From Candidatus Moraniibacteriota bacterium (GTDB lineage: Bacteria > Patescibacteriota > Minisyncoccia > Moranbacterales > UBA1568): DNA of 64,000 nt. Positions 18,217 to 26,461 of this stretch are shown here, in pieces. The number at the start of each line of letters is the position of its first letter. Within the stretch, counting starts at the first letter, position 1. The stretch covers positions 144,627 through 208,626 of the forward strand of contig JAQTYF010000001.1 of NCBI GenBank assembly GCA_028688415.1, given 5' to 3'. The translations under genes were made by a program, and so were the position numbers. A model generated the notes under the pieces. It saw only the letters and a program-made list of their open reading frames with translations. It made no database searches and was not told the DNA's origin.

Positions 18217-19887
18217 TTATATTAATAAAGATAGTCTGGAGAGAACCCTGTCTTTCCCCATCGTTTGCATAATGGAATACAAGTCAGGGGTCTGTATTTT
18301 TCCTGTTAATAAAACTCGGAAGATCCTTGCTATATCCGTGATATTTCCTTTATATCTTTCTGGATTTTCCTTAAATATCTTCATATTTTCCGCATAATCA
18401 TGGGTTTTGGAAATTTTTTTTATTTTTTCAAACCACTCTTCTTTTGAGTCTTTTTCATTGTAGGATTTAATGAATGAATCTACTACTGTTTTGATGGTGG
18501 CAGAATCAATATTTGAAAGAAGGTGCACTGCAGTATCTTTTGTAATATTAAAATTTTGATCAAAGAAATACTCAATTTCTGTTCTTACATCAAACCATTT
18601 AGCAATATCTTTTCTACCACCTGTTCCACTATTTCTTTCTATGTTTAATATCTTTTTTGTATAATCAGCATCTTTTTTCATTGTTTTAGCAAGCTCTGGA
18701 TCATATTTGTTGGTCCAGCTTAAAGCTTTTTCATAAACTTCTTCAGCTGAATACCTTGCAATAATCCCTTTGCTCGTGTCATTTAGTTTATCAAAATCAA
18801 ATAGGGGACCGCTTGAGCCTGATAGTTTTTTTTGTGTCAGAAGGAATTCACGATTATTTTTATCTGGATTGGCCTTTCGCCAGTTTTCGAAATTTGAATT
18901 CGCTAAATTCAATAAGTATTCTATAACGGCATCTTCAGGGTATCCCTGTTCGGTGTAATATGCAACATTTGCTTCAGGGTCTTTCCTTTTGCTTAATTTT
19001 CTTTTTGAAGAATTCTCGATTTTCTGAATTGGAAATATATGTCCATATTTTGGAGCCTGCCATCCCATAGTTCTAAATAATTGTAAGTGTAATGGTAGCG
19101 AAGAAAACCATTCGTTTCCACGGATTACATGGGTAGTTCTCATTAAATGATCGTCAATGATATGAGCCATGTGGTAGGTTGGTAGACCATCAGATTTTAT
19201 TATTACCATATCTTGGTCATTTTCGGGTAACTCTCTGCCTCCCAATACAATGTCATTAACGAAAATTTTATTATTAATATTGCCACAAGATTTAAATCTA
19301 ATGACAAATTCTCTTTTTCCATCTAATGCTATTAGAATCTCTTGATCAGATTTATCGCGCCATTTCGCCCATTGTTGATAGTATCCAGGCTTAATGCCAC
19401 GAACCGCCTGTATTTTATGTATTTCCTCAAGTTCTTCGTTAGAGCTAAAGCATGGGTAGGCTAATCCTTTTTCTACTAGTAATTTCGCATAGGCCTGATA
19501 TATTTCTGTGCGTTTGCTTTGTTTGTATGGTCCGTAAGAGCCGATTTCTGTCCCTGAGGTTGTTTGTCCTTCGTCTGTGTTAATGTTGTAACTTTTGAGA
19601 GCGGAAGCAATCAGATTTGAAGCACCTTCGACTTCCCTCTTTTTGTCAGTATCTTCGATACGAAGATAAAAAACACCATCTGTCTGATGTGCCAATCTTT
19701 CAGATATTAGAGCAGTGTAGATACCGCCTATATGCATGAATCCCGTTGGACTAGGGGCAATTCGTGTCACCATTGCACCCTCCTTGAGTTTTCTAGGTGG
19801 ATATCGTTTTTCAATAGCCTCTATAGTTGGTAGTTGTTTAGGAAACAACTTCTCAAGAATCGTCCTTTTGTTTTTTTGATTGTTCAT
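18217..19887 (-). CDS. gltX: glutamyl-tRNA synthetase
   Basis: RIAPSPTGFMHIGG (HIGH), FYLRIEDTD, KLSKRK (KMSKS); 556 aa. Confidence 0.9.
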   Translation of the reverse strand: MNNQKNKRTILEKLFPKQLPTIEAIEKRYPPRKLKEGAMVTRIAPSPTGFMHIGGIYTALISERLAHQTDGVFYLRIEDTDKKREVEGASNLIASALKSYNINTDEGQTTSGTEIGSYGPYKQSKRTEIYQAYAKLLVEKGLAYPCFSSNEELEEIHKIQAVRGIKPGYYQQWAKWRDKSDQEILIALDGKREFVIRFKSCGNINNKIFVNDIVLGGRELPENDQDMVIIKSDGLPTYHMAHIIDDHLMRTTHVIRGNEWFSSLPLHLQLFRTMGWQAPKYGHIFPIQKIENSSKRKLSKRKDPEANVAYYTEQGYPEDAVIEYLLNLANSNFENWRKANPDKNNREFLLTQKKLSGSSGPLFDFDKLNDTSKGIIARYSAEEVYEKALSWTNKYDPELAKTMKKDADYTKKILNIERNSGTGGRKDIAKWFDVRTEIEYFFDQNFNITKDTAVHLLSNIDSATIKTVVDSFIKSYNEKDSKEEWFEKIKKISKTHDYAENMKIFKENPERYKGNITDIARIFRVLLTGKIQTPDLYSIMQTMGKDRVLSRLSLLI

Positions 19888-20010
19888 ATTTTATGCTATA
19901 ATTACTTGTCGAGGAATGTTGCAATGATAAGTTGTGTTTATTTTAGATTACATTAAATCCTTGAAAAGTAAAGCTTTGTTCTCGTAGAAGTAGAAATTAG
20001 TCTTATATGA

Positions 20011-20180
20011 GCAAGAGTTTCATCGAAGCACACGGAGGCAAGATCTGGGCAGAATCCGATGGTCCAGACAAAGGATCGCGATTTATCATCGAACTCCCGA
20101 TCAAAAACACTCATATTCAGATCGGTACCTCTGATCAACTAGCAGAAGCGAATGGCAGAGAAGTTGAAAAAGAAAAGTAA
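20011..20180 (+). pseudogene. remnant of a histidine-kinase 3' end (last ~45 codons), homologous to 14361-14488
   Basis: 128 bp ~92% identical to the 3' end of the HK gene; encodes SFIEAHGGKIWAESDGPDKGSRFIIELPIKNTHIQIGTSD with no upstream ORF (stops in frame). Confidence 0.7.
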
Positions 20181-20259
20181 CAGAAGTGAATTTGAAAGGG
20201 ATGTTTTGTTTTTTTCTTTTTTCTGGTAGTATATAGGTAAAGATATGTAATAAAAAAAT

Positions 20260-21090
20260 ATGCCAAAGATTCTTTTCGTCGAAGATGATCCATTTATTGC
20301 TGAAATTTATAAGAAAAAATTTGCGAGCTCTGGTTTTGATGTGCTCAATGTCATAACTGGGAAATCAGCACTCAAGGAAGCTCTCGAACAGAAATTCGAT
20401 TTGATATTGCTTGATCTCGTGATCCCAGAACTGAGCGGTACAGAAGTGCTTCGTGAATTACGTCACAATCCTGAATACGATCCGAATATGAAAATTGTTG
20501 TGTTCAGTAACCTGAGCTCACAAGAAGATCGTGATGAGTGTCTTGGTCTCGGTGCCAATGGATTTATCTCCAAGACAGAATTTTCTCCATCGGAAGTTGT
20601 CGTCGAAGTCAATCGCTTCCTGAGTCAATTCAGTGAACAGGCCAAGAATTCTGCTCGTTTCGAAAAACAAGGTACAGCAGAACATGAAGATGCTCCGGTA
20701 GTAGAGGGAAAAAAGATTCTCTTTGTTGAAGATGAGGCAGTGTTTATCGATATGTTTGGCAAGCGACTCCGAGATGAAGGATATGTCGTGACGACATGTC
20801 GTGACGGTGTCTCTGGACTACAGGCAGCACTTGATGGGACATTTGATCTCGTGATTTCAGATGTGATGATGCCAGGAATGGATGGTCGCGAACTCGTGAT
20901 GAAGTTGAAAGAAGCAGAATCAGAAAACAATACTCCGATATTTCTGTTCTCCGCATCACTCGACGATAGAGATGTTCAGGCACTTATTGATTCCAAGATT
21001 GCCGAGGGAGTATTTCTCAAGACACAAATCACTCCTAGTGAACTCACTTATGCCGTCAATGATTTTTTCAAGGAGCAATCAGAGAAATAA
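20260..21090 (+). CDS. response regulator with tandem receiver domains (REC-REC), no output domain
   Basis: Two CheY-like modules (ILFVEDD...LILLDLVIP and ILFVEDE...LVISDVMMPGMDG) with conserved Asp/Lys positions. Confidence 0.8.
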   Translation: MPKILFVEDDPFIAEIYKKKFASSGFDVLNVITGKSALKEALEQKFDLILLDLVIPELSGTEVLRELRHNPEYDPNMKIVVFSNLSSQEDRDECLGLGANGFISKTEFSPSEVVVEVNRFLSQFSEQAKNSARFEKQGTAEHEDAPVVEGKKILFVEDEAVFIDMFGKRLRDEGYVVTTCRDGVSGLQAALDGTFDLVISDVMMPGMDGRELVMKLKEAESENNTPIFLFSASLDDRDVQALIDSKIAEGVFLKTQITPSELTYAVNDFFKEQSEK

Positions 21091-21164
21091 ATAACGATGT
21101 ACGTATATATTGCGTAGTTATAGTTCCTTATAAATTTTCCACTTTTCAGATACGGAGGTTAAGA

Positions 21165-21835
21165 ATGTATAATCCCGAGTCATTATATGATGTTAGCGAA
21201 GAGTACATCCGAGAGAGTCAGATACTTGATTCAAAAAACAGGCCAATCTGTTTGGTTTGGGTGAACGGTCAACAATTCAATTTTTATGTTGGACCAGACG
21301 CGCATGGATTTATTTTTGAGGATGAGGAGGGCGAGTACATCAACGTTGGGAATGAGAAGAGGTGGTGGCGCGGAACATTAGAGCCAATTCCTAATATTCT
21401 GAGACCCGACAGATTGAATGAGTTTGGGTTTTGTTCTATCAAGCCGGATGCCTTTGAAAGAGGCTTGGCTGAATTCATCAGGGCAGAAATTGAGTCGATG
21501 GGACTTGAAATTATTGGAAAAAAAGCGGTGTTAATTGAAAAGTCAGAATTATTTCGGCTTTACCCGTACTTTTTTGAATCCGAGTGGGAATCAGTTTTGA
21601 TAAAGTACTTTTGCTCGGCACCAACATTGTTTATGATTCTCAGAGGCAATCAGTGACAGAAAATCTTCTCAAGCTGAGAAAAGCAATGAGACTGAAATTT
21701 AGGAAGTCTGAAGAACACCCGATTCGAAACATGTTCCATTGCTCAGATTCACAACTGGAGGCTATTCGCGAAGCGAGTATATTTTTTGGAGCAGAGGAAT
21801 TACTTAAATTGGTCGGTTGTTCCGAAGACCTGTAG
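21165..21835 (+). pseudogene. nucleoside-diphosphate-kinase-like gene with ~90-aa N-terminal extension, interrupted by a -1 frameshift near 21645-21656
   Basis: Frame A has FCSIKPDAFERGL...GLEIIGKK...YFCSAPTLFMILRG (NDK IIKPD, SGP..V.EG). Frame B has PIRNMFHCSDSQLEAIREASIFF (NDK N.IHGSDS...AxREIxxFF). The two frames overlap 21584-21656. Confidence 0.5.
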
Positions 21836-21887
21836 ATAACGTTTAGCTGAAGCAGCTAGACGTTATTTTTAAAATAATATCTTATAT

Positions 21888-23249
21888 ATGGAGAATTTAT
21901 TTTTTCTAATAGGAGGTAGTTTTTTAATTATATCAATATTTTGGCTCTTAAAAATTTTAAAGAGTTTTTTTTGGATTAAAAATAGCGCTGTTAATAATAT
22001 TATTTTTAACAGCGTTGATAATAACATCCGATTCTTTATTTTAATACCCGTACTTGATGAAACAGCCATATTGGAGGATACAGTTAAATATTTTTTAAAG
22101 ATTTCTCGGGTTTTTAAAGGTTCTAAAATAATTATTATTACTACAGAAAAGGAGTATCGATTTAATCACTCTGGAAGTAAGAATGATACTGTTGCTTTAT
22201 CAAAATCATTAGAGGGGCAATTTAAGGATGTAGTACATGTGCATTATCCGGATGTTGATGGCAAAATGGCACATCAGGTAAATTACGCTGTTAATTTCGT
22301 AAAAAATAACTTAGATAAAAAGGACTTTTTTGCTCTTTATAATGCAGACTCTAGGCCTGATATTAGAACATTTAGCTGGATTAATAATTTCCAACTCAAT
22401 AAACGGCATGGCAATTCTTCAGAAGTATTTCAACAGTATGGGAATTACCTTGGAAACTATTTAAAAATTGTGTCTATGCCCAATTTTTTTGAGAAAGCAA
22501 TTTTAGTCTCTGCATCATTGTGGCAAAATAGATGGAGCATTGGTTTTGAAATACCACATTCCTTGAATCAACTCAAAAAAAGAGAGAGGGGCAATTTTTT
22601 CTCCTTTCCAATGAATTATTGTATTGGGCACGGACTCTTTTTCTCGTGCAGAATTTACGATAAGGTTAGGGGTTTTTCTGAGAATATGCACAATGAAGAT
22701 GCTATTTTTGGTCTGAAGTTAAGTTATTATCAAGATACCATTGTCCCAATTCCATTTTTTGATGAAGCCTTCTCCCCGGAGAGTGTAAAGAGTTTATTTT
22801 TCCAAAAAGTCAACTGGTTTTTTGGACCACTGCAATCTTTTGAATACTATTCCCAAATAATAAAAGATGATCATTCGGTGAGAAAGAGTCGTTTGTTAGT
22901 GCTTACTTTAAAACTATTTAGCCATGCTGTTTATTGGATTTTCGGGCCGCTTATGATGATGTTTCTTTTTATCTATGCATTATTGTCAGAAACAGCGGCA
23001 ATTTGGCTTTTCTTTAATTTAACTTTTATTTCCTTTTTTATAATTCCAAATTTCTTTTCTTGGTTAATTACGCGGAATAGAATAATTGCCAGTGAGATAC
23101 CAGCAATTATTTTTTATTTATTTGTGGGGAGCCTTTTTTTCTATGCGTTGCACGGTCTCGCCGGATGTTTATCCCTATGGCGCTATCTCGGTCACATAAT
23201 GTTTGGGCAACCACTTATTCAAAAGAATAAAACTGCGTTGTACAAGTAA
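21888..23249 (+). CDS. membrane-embedded family-2 glycosyltransferase (processive, QxxRW type)
   Basis: N-terminal TM, LIPVLDE, NADSRPD (DxD), QNRW (QxxRW), several C-terminal TM helices. Confidence 0.7.
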   Translation: MENLFFLIGGSFLIISIFWLLKILKSFFWIKNSAVNNIIFNSVDNNIRFFILIPVLDETAILEDTVKYFLKISRVFKGSKIIIITTEKEYRFNHSGSKNDTVALSKSLEGQFKDVVHVHYPDVDGKMAHQVNYAVNFVKNNLDKKDFFALYNADSRPDIRTFSWINNFQLNKRHGNSSEVFQQYGNYLGNYLKIVSMPNFFEKAILVSASLWQNRWSIGFEIPHSLNQLKKRERGNFFSFPMNYCIGHGLFFSCRIYDKVRGFSENMHNEDAIFGLKLSYYQDTIVPIPFFDEAFSPESVKSLFFQKVNWFFGPLQSFEYYSQIIKDDHSVRKSRLLVLTLKLFSHAVYWIFGPLMMMFLFIYALLSETAAIWLFFNLTFISFFIIPNFFSWLITRNRIIASEIPAIIFYLFVGSLFFYALHGLAGCLSLWRYLGHIMFGQPLIQKNKTALYK

Positions 23250-23687
23250 TTATTTTTGGCTGTAACCTACTAAATGGTGACTATTTTTTTTGAGGATAGC
23301 GAAAAGGCTAGGAAGATATTCAACAGTTTTTATGTTGATAGGTATTTTATCTATAGATACCCATTGATGCTGGTCGTGATCTTCTTTATTTAAGAGTATA
23401 TTAGTCTCATTGCATACGCCAATAAATATAAGACGAATAAATTGTTTGTTCTTTTTTCTATCGATATTTGATGTGTAATGAAACAGGCTAAGGTTTTGAA
23501 TATCAATCCCTGTTTCTTCTTTGGTTTCTCGAATAGCTCCTTCTTCTGGATCTTCCCCGTCGTCAAGTGTTCCTCCTGGGATATCCCAAAGACCAGGTAG
23601 AGTGTCCTCGCTAAGTGATCTCCGAATAAGGAGCACCTCTCGGTTCCCATTGAAGAGAACAGCATGTACAATTATTCCTTTGTCCAT
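23250..23687 (-). CDS. Nudix hydrolase
   Basis: Nudix box GGTLDDGEDPEEGAIRETKEETGI. Confidence 0.75.
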   Translation of the reverse strand: MDKGIIVHAVLFNGNREVLLIRRSLSEDTLPGLWDIPGGTLDDGEDPEEGAIRETKEETGIDIQNLSLFHYTSNIDRKKNKQFIRLIFIGVCNETNILLNKEDHDQHQWVSIDKIPINIKTVEYLPSLFAILKKNSHHLVGYSQK

Positions 23688-23776
23688 ATTAGTTAAAATT
23701 ATTTTTATTACACTATTAATTCATTGACTTTATTCATAAACTATAGCATAGTGTAGAGTATCCTGGAATAAACCAA

Positions 23777-24130
23777 ATGGATATTGATTTAGCAAGAAAT
23801 TTTTGTAAGGAGGCATTTATAAAATTTGAATTGTGGGGCTTTTTCGACAGAAGTGGTAATGTCAAAAAGTTTTCAAATGATGTACACAAAGAAGTTGTCT
23901 ATGGATGTGAACAGCGACGGCCCTTAGAAAGGATGCATATAAATTTTAAGGGAGATGTTATTTTGTGCTGTATGGATTGGAAATGGCAGCATAAATTAGG
24001 AAATGTGAACGAGAGGTCTTTAGAAGAAATATGGAATTCTGAGATTTATAATGAATATCGTAAGTCTATTTACAATAATGGATCAGGAACACGAACAGGT
24101 CTATGTAAGAAATGCAAGTTATCGTTATGA
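23777..24130 (+). CDS. SPASM-domain-only fragment (C-terminal part of a radical-SAM maturase); possible gene remnant
   Basis: CEQRRPLERMHINFKGDVILCCMDWKWQHKLGNVNERSLEEIWNSEIY...GLCKKCK matches the SPASM pattern (C..G.v.pC...lGNi...sl.eIW...C..C). No radical-SAM core upstream. Confidence 0.45.
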   Translation: MDIDLARNFCKEAFIKFELWGFFDRSGNVKKFSNDVHKEVVYGCEQRRPLERMHINFKGDVILCCMDWKWQHKLGNVNERSLEEIWNSEIYNEYRKSIYNNGSGTRTGLCKKCKLSL

Positions 24131-24768
24131 TGATTTCATTTGATGGCAATGTTTATGTGGGAAAAACGACTTTAATTAAGTCATTATCTCAGAGATATGG
24201 TTTTTCTACCATTGATGAACACTCTTTTTTTATTAATGATATTCAACAGAAAGATTATTATGAGAATGAGTATGTTAACACGCAGGCACGATATCTTGAT
24301 GTAGATATCCAGAGAGGAAAACTTCTTAGAAATGGCATCAATCTTTTAGACAGGAGTTTTGTTTCTGTAAGTGCCCATGTTTATGCTATTTATAAATTGG
24401 GGTTGGTTGATATAAGAAGTTCATATCTTGAACTCTTGGTATCTAAGGTGGGGGAAATATTAATACCAGACATATTCGTTTTTGTAAGTTGTGAGTATGA
24501 GACTTCGCGTGCAAGATGTTTTGAGAGTGGTAATAGAAAACAAACGGGGGATTTATATCTTTCCGAACAATATTTCAGGTTCGTGAAAATATTTAATGTT
24601 AATTTTATCTCGATGGTTAATGGCCATGTTATTGATACAGAGAGCATCTTTACGGATACATCGTGTGTTGATATGTACAATCGAATTGTTCTCAATTCAA
24701 GAAATAAAAAAATAACAAAAGACACAGTAGCGATGATTGATAACATTCGAAACTGTCTTGATCTATAA
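24112..24768 (+). CDS. P-loop kinase, deoxynucleoside/nucleotide-kinase-like
   Basis: Walker A FDGNVYVGKTTLIKSL; LLDRSFVS resembles the dNK/dGK ERS motif. Confidence 0.5.
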   Translation: MQVIVMMISFDGNVYVGKTTLIKSLSQRYGFSTIDEHSFFINDIQQKDYYENEYVNTQARYLDVDIQRGKLLRNGINLLDRSFVSVSAHVYAIYKLGLVDIRSSYLELLVSKVGEILIPDIFVFVSCEYETSRARCFESGNRKQTGDLYLSEQYFRFVKIFNVNFISMVNGHVIDTESIFTDTSCVDMYNRIVLNSRNKKITKDTVAMIDNIRNCLDL

Positions 24769-24861
24769 GGATTTATAATAGAAACTGTTGCTATTATAAT
24801 GCTTTTGTGATATAAATGTATGTTACCAAGTTTGAAGTAACAATTGAACTTTACCAATTGA

Positions 24862-26145
24862 ATGAAGGAGAAAATCATGAGTATAACCTTTGGACTTGAT
24901 TTTGGAACTACGAACTCTGTTTTGGCAATTTTGCAAAATGGCCAAGTAAAAGTTGCGAGTATTGATCCGAGCGGGGCTGTAGAAGAAACCCTGAAATCAG
25001 TTCTTTTCTTCGACGAAGAAAATTATGTGGCCGTTGGTCAAGAGGCTATCAACCAATACGTTGGTTACGGTGGTGTGTACGGTCGCTTCATGCAGTCGAT
25101 TAAGGCGTTTTTGCCAAACAAAAGTTTCACTGAGACATATGTTTTTGGTAAGCGTTACGAGATTGAAGATCTGATAGCCTTAATTTTGAAAGCTATCAAA
25201 CATCATGGTGAGCTTTATGTCGGTCACGTTGTGGACACAGTAATGATGGGACGTCCTGTTATTTTTTCGGAGGACAAGGAGTTAGATCTTTTGGCCGAAG
25301 AAAGATTGCGAGCCGCCGCCCTGCGTTCTGGGTTTACGAATATCCATTTCGTATATGAGCCTATTGCTGCTACGCTTGCTTACGAATCACAACTCAAGTC
25401 AGGTGAGGAAAAACTTGTTCTTATGGGTGATTTTGGTGGTGGCACCTCGGATTTTGTTGTTATGCGTCTTTGCGGCCGTGACACGCCGAAAAACAATCGG
25501 AAGGATGATATTCTCTCCATTGGGGGGGTGTATATTGCTGGTGATGCTTTCGATGCTTCTATCATGTGGCACAAAATAGCTAAACACTTCGGCAAAGGGG
25601 CAAAAGTCTATGGTGCCTCGAATCGTCAAATTCTTGATATGCCGATTTGGATTCCGCAGACACTTTGTCGGTGGCATATGATTCCGCAGCTTCGTAGCAA
25701 GAAAACACTTCAGATTATCCAATCTCTTCATGGTGTATCTGACGAAGATCGGAAGGCTTTGGAGAATCTGCGTACGCTCATTATGGAAAATCTTGGGTAC
25801 TTGCTGTTTAGGGCCATTGAAAAAGCGAAGCGGGAGTTGTCTGATAACGAATCTGCCATTATTGAATTTTCCGAGAAGGGGGTTGTAATTCACGAGGAAA
25901 TTACAAGGGAGGAATTTGAAATCATGGCTGACGATAACTTTCAGAAGATTAACGCTTGTGTAGATGAAACATTGGTTCGCGCAGGCGTGTCTTTGTCAGA
26001 TATCGATACCGTCCTGTTGACCGGCGGGTCATCGTTTATTCCAAGAATCCGAAGAATTTTTTCGAGTAAATTCGGAGAGGAAAAAATAATATCGATTGAT
26101 GCGTTTATGAGCGTAGCCTATGGGCTCGGCCTCTGCGCATCATAG
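24862..26145 (+). CDS. Hsp70-family ATPase, nucleotide-binding domain only (YegD-like)
   Basis: FGLDFGTTNS (phosphate 1), GDFGGGTSDF (phosphate 2), LLTGGSSFIPRIRR (adenosine motif); no substrate-binding domain. Confidence 0.65.
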   Translation: MKEKIMSITFGLDFGTTNSVLAILQNGQVKVASIDPSGAVEETLKSVLFFDEENYVAVGQEAINQYVGYGGVYGRFMQSIKAFLPNKSFTETYVFGKRYEIEDLIALILKAIKHHGELYVGHVVDTVMMGRPVIFSEDKELDLLAEERLRAAALRSGFTNIHFVYEPIAATLAYESQLKSGEEKLVLMGDFGGGTSDFVVMRLCGRDTPKNNRKDDILSIGGVYIAGDAFDASIMWHKIAKHFGKGAKVYGASNRQILDMPIWIPQTLCRWHMIPQLRSKKTLQIIQSLHGVSDEDRKALENLRTLIMENLGYLLFRAIEKAKRELSDNESAIIEFSEKGVVIHEEITREEFEIMADDNFQKINACVDETLVRAGVSLSDIDTVLLTGGSSFIPRIRRIFSSKFGEEKIISIDAFMSVAYGLGLCAS

Positions 26146-26161
26146 TGCTGATTTCTGTTTG

Positions 26162-26199
26162 AGTCTTGGTTGTTGTAATAATGACCAAGACTTTTTTTA
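26162..26199 (+). terminator. rho-independent terminator
   Basis: agtcttggt...accaagact hairpin followed by TTTTTTT. Confidence 0.6.
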
Positions 26200-26263
26200 T
26201 GATTTGAGTTATGGTAGAATGATATATTATTGATTCGTTGTTTTTAATTTAATCGTATGAAAG

Positions 26264-26389
26264 ATGGATCGTATCATCGTCATCGAAGATGGAAAAATTG
26301 TCGAGTCTGGTTCACACAAAGAACTCATTGCCAAACAAGGAAGTTATTGTCATTTCTGGCAACAGCAAACTGACGGATTTATTGAATAA
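26264..26389 (+). pseudogene. remnant encoding the last 41 aa of an ABC exporter ATPase (MsbA-like C-terminus)
   Basis: [41 protein letters not shown] matches the characteristic ABC exporter tail (DRIxVxxxGxIxExGTHxELLxxxGxYxxLxxxQ). In-frame stop immediately upstream; no NBD or TMD present. Confidence 0.55.
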
Positions 26390-26461
26390 AAATAGGATGC
26401 TTGTTTTTCGGAAGCCTTTTTGTTATGATAAAGTTATATTTAAGCCATTGTCATAACATCT

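Noticed and set aside
21640-21656. Programmed -1 ribosomal frameshift in the NDK-like gene
   Set aside because: There is no slippery heptamer (X XXY YYZ) at the frame junction. A pseudogene or a sequencing error is more parsimonious.
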